Part shown: one piece after another, positions 35,704 to 48,561 of the stretch
Numbering within the stretch: position 1 is the stretch's first letter
Layout of the letters: every line of letters starts with the position of its first letter
DNA from: Blepharisma stoltei ATCC 30299
Lineage: Eukaryota; Protista; Ciliophora
DNA: 64,000 nucleotides
Assembly (NCBI GenBank): GCA_965603825.1
Contig: CBFDEM010000060.1
Coordinates: forward strand, 434,001-498,000
Reading direction: 5' to 3'
Made by a program: the position numbers and the translations under genes
Notes under the pieces: model-generated
The model's input: only the letters and a program-made list of their open reading frames with translations
Database searches by the model: none
Told to the model about the DNA's origin: nothing

Positions 35704-38700
35704 ATGGGAAATACATTAAAAGCTCTAAAAGACCCAACGAAGCCAGCTGCAATTACTGGGATGATGCAAAGTAATTTATATTTAGACTCTTTAAGCAAAA
35801 TCAGAGAACTTCACGGCGCATTTAAAAGCATCTGTGATAACTTCGCAATGAGCATCACAGAATTTGATCAAATTTTTGGAACAGGAGAGTCAAGCTTTAT
35901 GGTATGAGACACTGACAAAAATGGAATCATTGATGCCTTGGAACTTTTTTCAGGTCTCATTTTATTTGCAGATGCTAGAACTGAAGACAAAATTAGATGT
36001 AATTTCTATGCAGTCTTGTTCGATTTATTTGATTTTAATGAACTGCAAAGCATTTCTAAAACTGATTTGGAATTTCTAATATTTTGCTGTATAAGTTCTT
36101 CTTTTAAAGTCCATGGCCTTGCCGATGAAATAAAAGAGAAATCTATATCTGAAATGGTAATTAAAAACTTCCCTGACAGTTTCAGAATCACTTTGAGAGA
36201 CTTGTTGCATTTTTGTGCGCACTCAGAAGAAGTTAACACTTTTTTTCAATTTTTCAGGATCAGAGCTATTTCTTTACCAAAACCTTCAACCAAAAAAGAT
36301 ATTTATCAGCCACTGAGGAAAACATGGAGCTATGGAGGACTGGAGCACTCCAAAGCACTTAAAGAGCTTGATAACTCCATGGCAGGGAAAATTGAAAGCA
36401 ATTTAAGGGTATGACTAGGGGCTGTACATGCACCATTATGTGCCCAGCATGAAAAACGGCAAGAATCCCGAGCAAAAATGGGCCTTGCATGGGTATTTGG
36501 GATAAGAAGTGACGATACAAGGCACAATATTAAATGTGTCCCAGGACAAGATATAATTATTTATTTTATTGCAAGTGTAGTTGTTGTGTACTATGCCAAG
36601 CTACTAAAGCAAAGACATTATTTAGAGCATGACCATGAAGTTATCAGCCTTGCTGTTGGTTCTGATGATATCGCTTGCAGTGGCGAATTGGGCGAACATC
36701 CAAAAATTCATGTATGGAAAATCAGCACATTAGAAACCTTAGAGGTCTTATCTGGCGTCCACCAAGGCGCAGTGCCTCTGCTAGCTTTATCTTATAGCGA
36801 CCAGCATATAATTTCTTGCTCAATCTATTCTTTAGTAATCTATGAATGGCGTACAAGGTCGATTTTAATTACAACCCACCATAATTACCCAATAGTTGAC
36901 TTAACTGTGCTGCCAAGACTTGAAAGCTCTTCAGCTTGCTCTTTTATTGTTGCTTGTGAACAAGATTTTACACTTTACACAATACAAGAGAGCGAGCTTA
37001 ATGTTTCCACATTAAGTCTTGACGCTTCACTTACAAAAAGCCACATAACGTGTGCGATGGGGCAAGTCCTTTATAATCAAGACCCAAATAAGGAAAGAAC
37101 TTATATTCTCTTGACTGGGCATGAAGATGGAAGTGTGCTAGTTTGGGCTTATCTAGAATTTCAAAGAGTATTGATAACGTATGAAGGCTCAATTACATCA
37201 ATTGAGCGATTTTATGAAAGCTATGCAATTGCGAACTCAGTCGGAGTTATTTATTTATGGGACGATAAGCTTGAAAAATGCGTCAGAGTCATTGAGCTTT
37301 CGATGCTGCCATTTAAGCTACTGAGTTTTGAAGTCTCTTCAATGCATTTTATGAATAAAAGACTATATGTAAGCACCACAGGAGGAGATTTGATACAGCT
37401 AAGGATCATTAAAGAAGGCTATAAGCTTATAGCGAAAAGGATTCCTGGCATCATTCCGGTCCCCAGTAAGCAAAGAGCTATCACTTTTTTGTCAACTGAG
37501 CTGCCTTATTTGATAATTGGTGGAGAAAATGGGGTTGTCTGTGTAATAGATATAAGGAGCTATGAATTAATGGATGCATGAGCTGTAGGGTACTCTATAT
37601 ATTCTTTATGCTGTGCCAAATATGAAGACCATTTCTTTTTAGCAGCTGGGTGTGAGTCGGGGTCACTATTAGTAAGACAGGACTGGGATCTCGTAAGCAC
37701 TCCTCAGGCAGGCTATGATACTATAACTGATGTAAAATTCATAAAAAAAGGAGAAAATCTCTTAGCTTCAAGCCTCGACTCAAATGTGTATGTATACAAA
37801 TATCTAGAAGGAAACTATGAAAGAATTTTTATTATTGCGATAGATACTGGAATTCCTCTAACGTTGGATATAAGTAAGGATGGGGAGCATATTTTGATTG
37901 TAACTGATAAACGAAAACTTATGATGATGGACGGCAATAATTTTGATTTGAATTTCACATATCAAGAAGTTGCTTCCGTCAACTGAAGCAGGCTAAGAGC
38001 TTTTTTCCCAGTCCACCATGCCAAGACTTCAGACGAAAAAGAGTATTATTTACTTCCTATCAGTTGAAACAGTAAGGCTGACTGTATCGTCGCAGCTGAC
38101 GCAAAAGGAGTCATTCATTTCTGAAAAAACGCTTCAAGGGTTAATGACGAAACTGGTCTTTTGCTTCCAGGCCACACTTCGGCTGTTCAAGACATCTGCT
38201 TGAAATCTCACATTTTGTTCACTCTCGGATATGAAGACAGAATGATAATGCAATGGAAATTTGAGCCATGCAAAACCATGATCCAGAAAATAAACAGCAC
38301 AAGTGTGAACTCAATCCTATTGACAGAAATCCAATTATCTTGCCTTGATGATAAAAATAAACGTAAACACCCCAATCAAAAACTTGTCCAGACAGCTTTC
38401 CTTGATGCAGTTTTTGAAACTTCACATCAGTTTTTCGCCCAAGAAGATGCCCAGCGTCCTCCGTCTACCACATTAAAATTGAAATACATATATGGCTGCC
38501 AATTGAATTTACGAAATTCCCTTCATTATGTGCACATCCATACTGGTGACGACACTCGTCCTACATGTGAGAGAATGATTTGTTACTATGTTTCCCGCTA
38601 TGGGATTACTTTTAACCCTTTTACTCAATCCCAGTCCTTTTATACATTCCACGAGCAGCGAATTTCAGCATTAGACGTCCACCAAAGCCAAGCTATAGCA

Positions 38701-41700
38701 GCTACAGCTTCAAATGGGATAGTCCACGTATGAAAAGTCGCAGGGAGCTCTCAAATTTCAAAGCTAAAATCTTCAATGAGTGGCATATATATACTAAGAT
38801 TTGGCAACAATAAACAAGGAGGAGAAATTTTAGCTGTGGTCGGAAAAGAAGCTGAGCAGCATTATATAGAAATTTATGACTGAAAACATGAAAATCTGAT
38901 CACAAAGGCTTGTGTTGGGAATGTTCAGGTCCAAGATTTCCAGTTTCATCCTACTGATTTATTTAATTTTGCAGTCTGTGGAGTCAACCACTTAAGCTTG
39001 TGGAAGAGATCAGGCAAATTTATAAAGTGCAAACAAATTATTACAGTTGAAAAAGAATTTACATGTATGCAGTTTTTGATTTTCCAAATGGGCACAATCA
39101 GACAAGAAGCAGATTTAACTATTGGATCAAGCCAAGGAGAACTAATGCTATGTGTTGAAGGAAGGCTCTTTTTACAAGTAGAACAAGCACATGAGGGAGC
39201 AATTTTTTGTATAAAGACCACAAATTATAAAGGAAATGACATAATTTTAACAAGTGGGCAGGACGGGTTTGTAAAGATATGGACACATGGCCTTAAACCA
39301 ATTAATAAATTCCATATTTCGTCTATCAATGACTCAGCTCTCTCTCAGATGAAATCCCATTTTATTACAAACTTGCAGGTTTATTCTTGTAACTCAAGGA
39401 AAATCCTTGACGAAACCTTGCCGAAAAAAGCAAAATTAGAAGCCTTGGTCATTTTATTAGGAACTTCTGGAGGAGCACTTATGGAACTTAATTTGTCTAA
39501 TATCAGAGGGGGTGACAAAATGAGACTGCAATATAAAGTTTATGTAGAAGGACATTGCAAAGAAGGAGAAGGATCAAGAAAGCAGCTGATTACAATCCAC
39601 CCTGAACTTAATGTGGTAGCTACTGTAGGTGATGATAGCACACTTAAGGTGTGGGATTATGAAATACATAATTTAATATTAACAAAGCAATTAGATACTG
39701 ATACAAGGCCAAGCTCAGTTCAGTTCAGCAAAGCAGGACATTTAGCGATTGGCATGGACAATGGGATTTTGCTAATTTTACTATCTAAGCATGCAGCTTG
39801 GGGAATCGGATTAAAAACTGCTCCAGAGATTGTAGTCATTTTTTCGTCCAGAGAGTCGAATTCTGCGGTTTTAGCCCTGGAGTTCTCAAGCAATGAAGAA
39901 TATTTAGCAGTCAGCTATGACAACTACAGAGGCCAGCCAACTAAATTTAAGGCAGACTCCACAACTGTAAAAACCGGAGGTGGAGCTGAAATTCTGCATG
40001 GGTTCGTTGTGCTATACCAACAAGCAGATGGAGCTGAAGGCGTCACTTATAGAAAAATTTCCCGCATAGTTTTGCCTTTTTCTCATGTAAAAGATATGGC
40101 AGCCTACCCTTCACGTAGTGAATGTGCAGTAACCCAAATGGAGTTTTCTTATGACTGTATGTATTTAGGGCTTTTCCACCAAAAAGTGAAATACCGTGAA
40201 CATCTAGCAAACCCAGCTGACAGGAAGCCACTTTTAATTATTTGGGATATCACCTCTGGTGAAGTTGTCGAAGATTTCGAAAATATGGGCAAAACTCAAT
40301 GGGAAAAATTAATAGTACAATGTTTACTATATAGCTGCTTAAAGGCAGGGATGGATTATGTTGTGAATATAAATACCTCATCAATGGTAAGAGATGATAT
40401 GTCAATGATTTTAGGAGCCTCAAATGGGCAGCTGCAAGTTGTAAGGATCCACAAATTGGCTGCAGAATATTTAAAAATACTGAGAGAGCACAATGAGACT
40501 GAAAATGAAGGGCTGGATCTCGCTAAGGTTGGGAGATTGTTTTTTGGGCACTGCAGCCCAGTTATAAGCGCAGTGCTTAATAAAATACAGAAATATTTGT
40601 TTACAACTGCAATGAATGAAAAATGTATGATGCAGTGGGAAGTCATTGTAGAGCATAAGCATTGGGAATATGAGCAATTAGGATATACGATGCCCAGTGA
40701 TCCTTTCCAAGAAACTCTTACCTCTGAGCAGTTTACCAAACACTTAACTGAAGTTTGAATTCCTAGAAGCGAGCTTCGTCCTGAATCAGAAGAAGCAATT
40801 CAGCTAAAAATGGAGTCTCTAGCAGGACGAAGAGCCAAAGATCGCCGAAATAACTTAAAATACGAATCCCAAGAACGAATAGTATACGTTACAGGCTCAA
40901 ATGTCATTATCTATAACAAAGACGTTCCTTCTCAAACATTTTTGCATCAAGTCACCCACAGTCCAGTAACAAGCCATGCCCAGATTTCTGCATTTACCCT
41001 GTCACCTGACCGAAGGCTCATCTGCTATGGAACCGAAGAACTAGAGGCTTGTTTATGGCTTTGGGACCTTTGTGCTTATGTCCCTCTAACCAAAGTGATG
41101 CTTCCTGAATGCTGCCAAGTCCTCATAATAAAACTCAGCTCAAACTGTCGTTATGCAGCTGCAGTCTGCCTTGGCAGAGCTTATCAGCAGTTTTTATTCT
41201 TAGTTGAGCTCTTATTTGAAGGAAAATCACAAATAATAGCCTCAGCGCAGCTCAGTCCAAAATGCAGCTTTAAAGTAAAAGATGTCCTAATTAAAGAAAC
41301 TGATGGGCTAGAAATCATAACATGTGGAATTCAGCATTTAGTAAACTGAAGACTTAATGGGACACATTTAGAACAATATTCTGCACATCTGACAACAGAA
41401 ACAGAAGACTATCAAGTGGCCTTTTTGACTGCTGCAATCATGAGTGAAGTTTTAGTGACCGGGGCTGACGATGGAAAAGTTTATATTTGGAAAGACGAAA
41501 AATTAGTGAAAAGAGTCGCTGGACATGAAGGCTGCATTTATAGCATCGATACTTGTGAAGAATTGAGCTTGATCACAACAGGTGGACAAGATGGGCATAT
41601 CGTGGTATGGAAACTTACTGTAAAGCAGAGCACTTTTGGGTATCTTGCCCAGCTTGACTCATTAAGAGAATACAGCTTAAATGACCCTGCTAGCAATGCT

Positions 41701-42702
41701 TTATCTTATGGAATCCAAAGCTTATGCATTGGCCCAGTAAGTGAAGGTGTTTCTTTCAAAGTGCTAATAGGAACACAAAACGGTGATATATATGAGCTTT
41801 CTTATGAGTCTAACTCAGATTATGATTCGCTTAACCGCCTATTAAAATCCTCAGACAATCAATCTATTCGTTCAATGTCTTGTGACCCTACAAGTAACTT
41901 TATCTACACATTGTCTTCTTCAGGCTTTTTCGCTGTTTGGGAACTCAGCGATTTCACTATGATACACATAAAAGATTACTACCCCAAAAAAGGTGTCAGG
42001 GTCATTGCATTCCAAACCAAACATTATGTGCTGATCGCTTTTGATGATGAATTAATTGTCCTTAAAATGTCTAATGATATGGAAGATGCAGTCAATTATG
42101 AAATGCTGGCTGGCTTTGTAATCCAAAGCAGAAATATCACTGATGCGTGCTTATCTCAAGATGAAAAATATTTAGTGGTCGCTAGCAATGCTGATCAAAA
42201 GCCACAGGTCGACTTGTATGGAGTCGCTGCAAACTCGTTCGCACTAGATAAAAATTTGTATGGATTCAGAGCACCAGTGATAAGGCTGGATTTTTCGACT
42301 GATGGGTATTATTTAATGTGTGAAGACAATTTGGGAGAAGTACTGCTTTTTGAGCTGGAAACTCAAAATATCGCAAGCTTGCAAGCAGTTGAGTTTGAAA
42401 TTGAATGGCAAAATGAAGGGCTTAGACATAGCTCGTCTCTGAAAGGAATATATCAGCTGTATAGAGGAAACAACAAAATTAACTGCATAGCAAAAAACCC
42501 AGCATTATCAATTGTAGCAATAGGAGACCAGTTTGGAATGATACGATTTTTCCAATTACCTTATGCTGCTGGGCCTACTTTATTAGCTTCCACAATTCAT
42601 ACCTACAGAATCTCAATACTCGCCTTTACAAAAAACAATGAATATCTAATCTCATATAGTGAGTTAGACAGAACTTTTATCAAATGGAAAATAAATTCAT
42701 AA
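35704..42702 (+). CDS. ~2320-aa N-terminal EF-hand + EML/HELP-like WD40 multi-propeller protein
   Basis: Eight ORFs in one frame, joined by TGA at WD Trp positions (HVW, IYDW, LVNW). MGN start (myristoylation-type), DTDKNGIID EF loop, RRAKDRRNNLKY HELP-like motif. Confidence 0.88.
35771..35785 (+). other. 15-nt intron GTAATTTATATTTAG (in-frame, stop-free)
   Basis: Matches the consensus with A at position 10; phase 1. Confidence 0.7.
35999..36013 (+). other. 15-nt intron GTAATTTCTATGCAG (in-frame, stop-free)
   Basis: Removal restores the EF-hand helix EDKIRFLFDLFDFN. Confidence 0.85.
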
Positions 42703-42775
42703 TAACCTCTTTTAAATTAAAATTTGAGTTTTCCCTTTTAAATCGGAATAACCCCGCCTAATAATTTTAAATAAA

Positions 42776-43279
42776 ATGCCAGGAAAGAAAACCCCATCCA
42801 AACAAAGCATGACTAAGAAAGCTCAGCCAACTCAAGTCTCGTCTCCAGAGGACGAAAACGATGAAAAATCTCGTATCACTTCTCATGAGCGCGCAGGGCT
42901 AATTTTCCCAGTTGGAAGAATTTTAAGAATTATGAAAGAAGGCCGTTTGGCTGATAGAATTTCTGACAAAAGTGCCGTTGCTATTGCAGCGGTATTAGAG
43001 TACCTGTCAGCTGAAATTATTGAACTCGCTGGAGACCAAGCTAAAGAAGAACGAGTTATGAAGAAGCATATGATAAAGCCCCGCCATATAACGCTTGCCA
43101 TTAGGGCTGATGAAGAATTAAATGAACTTGTGGGCGAAAATGTTATTATTCCTATGGGTGGAATTATCCCACACATTGAGCCAGAAATAGAGCAAAAGCC
43201 AAAGAGAAAAAGAGCTAAGAAATCCATGGGCGGCGAAGAAGAGGAGGAAAGTGGAGAAGAAGGTGGAGACATGGAATAA
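42776..43279 (+). CDS. Divergent histone H2A variant
   Basis: RAGLIFPVGRI, AAVLEYLSAEIIELAG, IKPRHITLAIRADEELNEL; extended N-tail and acidic C-tail. Confidence 0.92.
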   Translation: MPGKKTPSKQSMTKKAQPTQVSSPEDENDEKSRITSHERAGLIFPVGRILRIMKEGRLADRISDKSAVAIAAVLEYLSAEIIELAGDQAKEERVMKKHMIKPRHITLAIRADEELNELVGENVIIPMGGIIPHIEPEIEQKPKRKRAKKSMGGEEEEESGEEGGDME

Positions 43280-43297
43280 ATTAAAATCTTCTTATAA

Positions 43298-44119
43298 TTA
43301 GTAATTGAAATCGATAAGAAACCCAAATTTGTGGCTGTGAAAGTCAGAATCAGCTAAAGATTTTGTATTGACACTGGATGAGATTGTAAAGGAAATATTC
43401 ATATTGAGATTTTTTGAGTATGAAAAAGAGAGATCTCCGAGAGAGGAGAGCTTGTAATTTATTACAGCATCGTGGCTTGGACAATAATCTCCACCAATCT
43501 CAAGCAACGCTTTTCTTGAATTTCATGATAATTTTGAGGCAAAATGTGTTTTATAATCGATTTTTTTGTATAAATGGATTTCATAGTACTTTTTAAATTT
43601 TCCAATTAAAGCTCGCATATTTTCAAGTCTGAATCATAAAGCTGCATTATAACTGAATTCTTTATTTTGATAGTTACAGTCAGCGCCAATTGCTACTTTA
43701 GAGACAGTATAAATCCAGGTTAAATTCAATGAATTTAGGCCTCCTATCCAATTAATGGCGCTTAAATTTTGTTTTGATTTATATTTGACCCCAATATTAG
43801 GATTTATATTATTTTCAATATCCTTGGTTAAAACAATTTTAGAGCTTAGCTTACAGTTCTTGAGTTTATGAGTAAAATCAAGGGCAGCTTTGTTAAAACC
43901 TTGTGAGTTTGCTTTGATTTTTAATTTTCTATTATCATCTCAGAGCTGAATTCAATAAGAAAGCAATGCTTGGCTTTTCTTAAATGTCCCTTTGGTACTA
44001 AGCATACAATTCACAGCTAAGTAGTTTATATTAAATTCTCCGAAATTTTTTAAGTGAAATCTTTTATAAAGCACACTATCAGTTTTAGCAGTCACATCAC
44101 TAAATTTTTCGATTTTCAT
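43298..44119 (-). CDS. Divergent VDAC-like eukaryotic porin
   Basis: 273 aa open with TGA=W. N-terminal helix FSDVTAKTDSVLYKRF, alternating beta-strand pattern, C-terminal beta-signal HKFGFLIDF. Confidence 0.75.
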
Positions 44120-44264
44120 AATTATATCCAAACTAATAATTTGATTTTTATAATATTTAATAATCCTGCAGGCATTTCCAATCAAGACTTTGTAAAGCCC
44201 TGAATATTTACCCCCAAATAATTATTGCTTCAATTATATCTAGTTTCTTCCTATACTTTTTAAT

Positions 44265-44987
44265 ATGGATCCAGTTATTATCCAAAATTTATTTTCAAGG
44301 CCGAAGCCCGAAAAGATCGCAATAGTTCTCGACACCTGCATTGAGATGGAAAACTCTGATTGCATAAACGAGCCTCAACTTTTTACTCACAAGAAAAGAT
44401 ATGACCACCTAAAAAGAGCAATTGAAATATTTGCGTTGTCCAAATCTCAAATGACCGAAAATCACGAGTATTCTTTACTTACCCTTGATGATTCTGCACA
44501 TATTGTGTCGCCGTTTGATAGTTCAACAGATCACTTTCGAGATATTCTAGCCCAAGTAGCCCCTTACTCTTATGCAGAAACTTGCAATTTAAATTCAATT
44601 TTTGAAGTATTAGGAAATGAATTAGAGATCAGCCAAGAAGAGCTTCCATATGCTCTCCACATTATATTAATATACGGGAGAAACCTCCAAGTCCCAATTA
44701 TTTCTCAAATCAATGAATTGCTAGCACACAGAGATGTTTATTTCGATGCGGTTTATATTCATGGGAAAGATTCAACACCTTTTCATGAAGAAATTTCTAA
44801 AACAATAAATAGCTTGATACTGGATCCAGATAGAAAATTTTCTTATTTTTTTGAAGTGAAAAATGATGCGAGCAAACTTTATCAAGCTTTCAGCTTGTTG
44901 ACTGGGCATGTTCAGCAAAGGTGTAATCAGAAAATGCATGAGGAGCTTATTAATCAGCAATTGAATGGTGGGAAAAAAAGAAGGTAA
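44265..44987 (+). CDS. BABAM1: BRISC/BRCA1-A complex member 1 (MERIT40) vWA protein
   Basis: PEKIAIVLD..EM, HEYSL, LHIILIYGR, YFDAVYIH, LLTGHVQQR. Confidence 0.85.
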   Translation: MDPVIIQNLFSRPKPEKIAIVLDTCIEMENSDCINEPQLFTHKKRYDHLKRAIEIFALSKSQMTENHEYSLLTLDDSAHIVSPFDSSTDHFRDILAQVAPYSYAETCNLNSIFEVLGNELEISQEELPYALHIILIYGRNLQVPIISQINELLAHRDVYFDAVYIHGKDSTPFHEEISKTINSLILDPDRKFSYFFEVKNDASKLYQAFSLLTGHVQQRCNQKMHEELINQQLNGGKKRR

Positions 44988-45026
44988 TTGAATAAGAAAT
45001 AATAAAGTAATTATTTAAATTCATTA

Positions 45027-47489
45027 ATGACTGAAGTTAAAAGAACATTAAAAAGCAGTGGAGTTATTAGTAGGCATCTCAATGACATGCTTTTGCTAAG
45101 TAGCCAGCTTGAAAAGAAAAACAGTCCAAATGAAGTCAAAAGAAAACCTATTAAACAGCCTAAAGTAGCAAGATCCTTATCTCCAGAGCATATAAGATCG
45201 CCTCCAAGACCAATATCTCCTCCTAACTTGAATGAAAAAAAGAAGTCAATCCCCAAAAATAGTAGTCCTGATGAAATTGTTTCCTTTGGAATAGAAGACT
45301 CAACAATTTTGTATCAAAGATTAGAAACTAATTTTGATGAGTTAGAAACAGAAAATGATGAAGGATTGATAAAGAAAAAAGTAATAGGTACTTGAAGATC
45401 TTATACAAAGGAGCGTGCTATTCTAAGGTTTGCTAAGAAAATGGCTATATTTTCATGAGGTGAAAAAGTAAAACTAACCTCGATTTTCAAATGGAAAAAC
45501 TTTGTAATAGAGACAAGAGAATTGAAGAAGAGATCGCAGTTAATGAGAAAAGCTATTTATAAGCCTTCATATGAATTAGAAAGAGTTCAGTTTCTTTCTA
45601 GCTATCACAAATTTAATGAGCAGCTAAAGCTTATGAAAAATGATCTTAAAATTATAAAAAATTCAAGGCCAAAATACGAATTTAAACAAGATTTATTCAG
45701 TCCTAAATTTGCAGCTGATAAAGCGTTCTTGAAAAAAAAAGAAAATCCTGAAATTCCTCTTAAGAAAAACATTAAACAGAAAGATCCTATTTTAAAAAAA
45801 GATTCTAATGAAAATATAAAATTAGGCAAATCTCTGGTTCCCAATAAAATACAAAAACATTCTTCAAGCAAATCATTAACCCAAAAAGCATTTGTGGAAA
45901 ATAGCAATTGATTCGAGCCTTATCTTCAAAAAAAAGAATTTGAAGACGAAGAATGTGATTCCCTATCAAATCAAGAAAAAATCAATTGCATGAAAAAATA
46001 TTTCATGCGCTGGCTGTCTCAATATATGTATGCAATAAATATTTACAGAAATTATCATTTAAAAAAAACCTTCAATAGCTGGGCTTATTTTTTGCAGCTA
46101 AAATTCAAAAGAGCCAATGATTTTTTTTTAAAAAAATCCTTAAATCGTTGAATTTTATTATATAAATCTCCAAAAAGTGAATATAAAGCATATTATCTTA
46201 AAAAGTCATTCAAAGCCTGGGTGAAGTTCAAAAAACTTTCAAAAAGCCAATATAAGCAATACTATTTGAAGAAGCATTTTTTTAAATGAATAGAGTTCCT
46301 TCAACTAAAGGCTAATAAACTCTTGGCAAATATTAATGCTACTTCTTTTTATCATAAGCATTTGCTTTCTAGAACATTTAAAGCTTTATATCCCAAAGAA
46401 TACACTATTAAAGAAATTATGGCTTCTAATCACTGGCATTCTAGACTGAAAATTCATTATTTCTATCAATTGAAAAAATTTTATTTAAAAAGTAGAAGTA
46501 TAAAAATGATGCATCATATAACAGAAAATTTGATAAAAAAAGTGTTAAGAAAATGGAAATGCTTATCTGACTTATATTCTCAAAGGATGAAAGAAATGGA
46601 TAGTTATTATTTAAAAGAACTAGCTCATAATTGCTTTGATTCATGATCAGAATGAGTCTTACAAGAAAAAATTGTTAGGACACTTAAAAAGCAAAGAATT
46701 TTTCGAGCATGAAAATACACTTCGCATTATTTACTAAAGGAACTTCCTAACAAATGGAAGCTTCACTCCTTGAAAAGAAAAGTTTTTGTTGCTCTAAAGG
46801 TTATTCATATTTAGAAATATTATATTAAAAAGAAAAAAGCTTTTAAGGGGATAAAATGAAGAAAAGAAAAAGAAATACGGCAAAATGAAAAGAGAAAAAA
46901 AATTGTTTTAGCTGCATTTTTGCATAATTTGATATTATCGAAAAAGTAATAATAACTTAGACTGCGATCATTCAGATCAAGGCTCTGCAAAAAAAAGGTT
47001 CTAAATCTCTTAAAGGTAAACTTTATATAGAAATTTCACGCTTTGATGAAGAAAAACAACCATGTTTTAGCATTAAAAGCAAAAAAAGAAGGCTTGATTA
47101 ATACTAATTTGAAAAAAATTGTGTTTATTGGCTTTCTCAATAATCACTTATCCCAAAAAGCTAAAAAAGATTCTTTGCTTCTTGCTCTTGGATCCTTATC
47201 AAAGCGCCTCAAGCGAGACTATTTTCACAAATGGGCAATAAAAAGTGGAGAATCTCTAGCTTCACTCAGAAGTAGCTTAAATTCCATATTCAGATCTCTC
47301 GATTCCTCTCTAAAGAAAAGCTATAAACAGACCCTCTTTGATGAACTTCCCAGAGAATCATTTATAACCTCCTCCAAAAAGCTAGAAACTCAAAAATTTG
47401 ACTGAATTGACAAGCTAAAGAACCAAGAAATGTCTCAACGAAAACTATTAGAAAAAAAAATCGAAACCCTAAAAAATTTTCAAATATAA
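45027..47489 (+). CDS. Sfi1-like repeat (centrin-binding) protein
   Basis: One frame with many TGA=W and three 15-nt introns. Repeats LKKTFNSW, LKKSLNRW, LKKSFKAW, LKKHFFKW, IKKVLRKW, QRIFRAW, RDYFHKW. Confidence 0.75.
46800..47030 (+). other. Three 15-nt introns: 46800-46814 GTTATTCATATTTAG, 46946-46960 GTAATAATAACTTAG, 47016-47030 GTAAACTTTATATAG
   Basis: Each removes an in-frame TAA/TAG, and all have A at position 10. Confidence 0.85.
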
Positions 47490-47506
47490 ATTAGATTTGT
47501 AACAAT

Positions 47507-48403
47507 TTATTTATCATAAATGCTCCCTTTACTCGCAGCATATTCACTGTCTTCTTCTGGAATAGCTCCGTTATTGAACAAATTAGGCCTATATATTTGG
47601 TTTAATCTTCCAACACATCTTTGGCACAACACATTTCTGACCTGATCTAGCGGTAAGCTCCCTTTAAGTCTTTTATTTAAATCTTCAATTTGTTGTGTCA
47701 GCTCATTTTTTCGGTCTTTTAAAGTTTCTTCTTCAGTCTTCAATTTTTCTAAAGTATTTTCTGCTTCATTACACTTATCATTTATATCTCTTTCCGAGTT
47801 ATGGGACTCTTCTAATGCTTTTCTCAGCTCATCTACCTTTTCTCTTGCTTTTTCTCCTTTGGTCTGTTCTTCTTGCAATTTATTTTGCAGTTCTTGTTCT
47901 TTTGATCTTTGAATCCTTTCAGCTCTTGTCAGTTCTTCTTCTAATTCATTTACTCTTGCATTTTTTTCTGACTGTTCTTTATACAGCTTTTCATTGGTGT
48001 CTCTCCCTTGTTGAGCTTCTAGCTGAAGTTTGGCTATTTCAGCTTGAATTTCTTCTTGGATTTCATTTTTAATTAGTTCTCTATCACAGTTTACACAGAT
48101 TCGTGTTTCTTTTTGGTCTTCATCTGAAAGCCGTTTTAAGCTGTGATCTTTGCATATAGAATTTCCGCAATATCTGCAATGGTGACGTCTTGTGGTTAAA
48201 TTAAATTTTTTGTTGCAAATGTAACATTTATTATCGTGCTTCCATTCGAGATTTCTTTCACCTTTAAGACCAATCGGACTTTGGCTGAAAAGGCTTGCGG
48301 ATGAGGTGACTGATGAAGCGAAGCTGTTTTGAGTGTCAGCAAAGCTTTCAAGTTGTCGAGGATCGGTAATGGTGCTTTTCGGACTTTGATCACCCATGGA
48401 CAT
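47507..48403 (-). CDS. FYVE zinc-finger + coiled-coil protein
   Basis: WKHD..CYIC..RRHHCRYCG..C..H..RICVNC. Confidence 0.9.
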   Translation of the reverse strand: MSMGDQSPKSTITDPRQLESFADTQNSFASSVTSSASLFSQSPIGLKGERNLEWKHDNKCYICNKKFNLTTRRHHCRYCGNSICKDHSLKRLSDEDQKETRICVNCDRELIKNEIQEEIQAEIAKLQLEAQQGRDTNEKLYKEQSEKNARVNELEEELTRAERIQRSKEQELQNKLQEEQTKGEKAREKVDELRKALEESHNSERDINDKCNEAENTLEKLKTEEETLKDRKNELTQQIEDLNKRLKGSLPLDQVRNVLCQRCVGRLNQIYRPNLFNNGAIPEEDSEYAASKGSIYDK

Positions 48404-48561
48404 TTTTATTAGGACAATGAAAGTGCAAAAAATTTTAAACTTGTATATAAGAAATTAATAAAGAAAAAAATATTGAGTTATGCATAGGAATTAATAAGAA
48501 TACGGATTAAAATAAGTGAAAATGCTTAAATGTCAGTTATTTATTTTAGGTATGTTATAAA

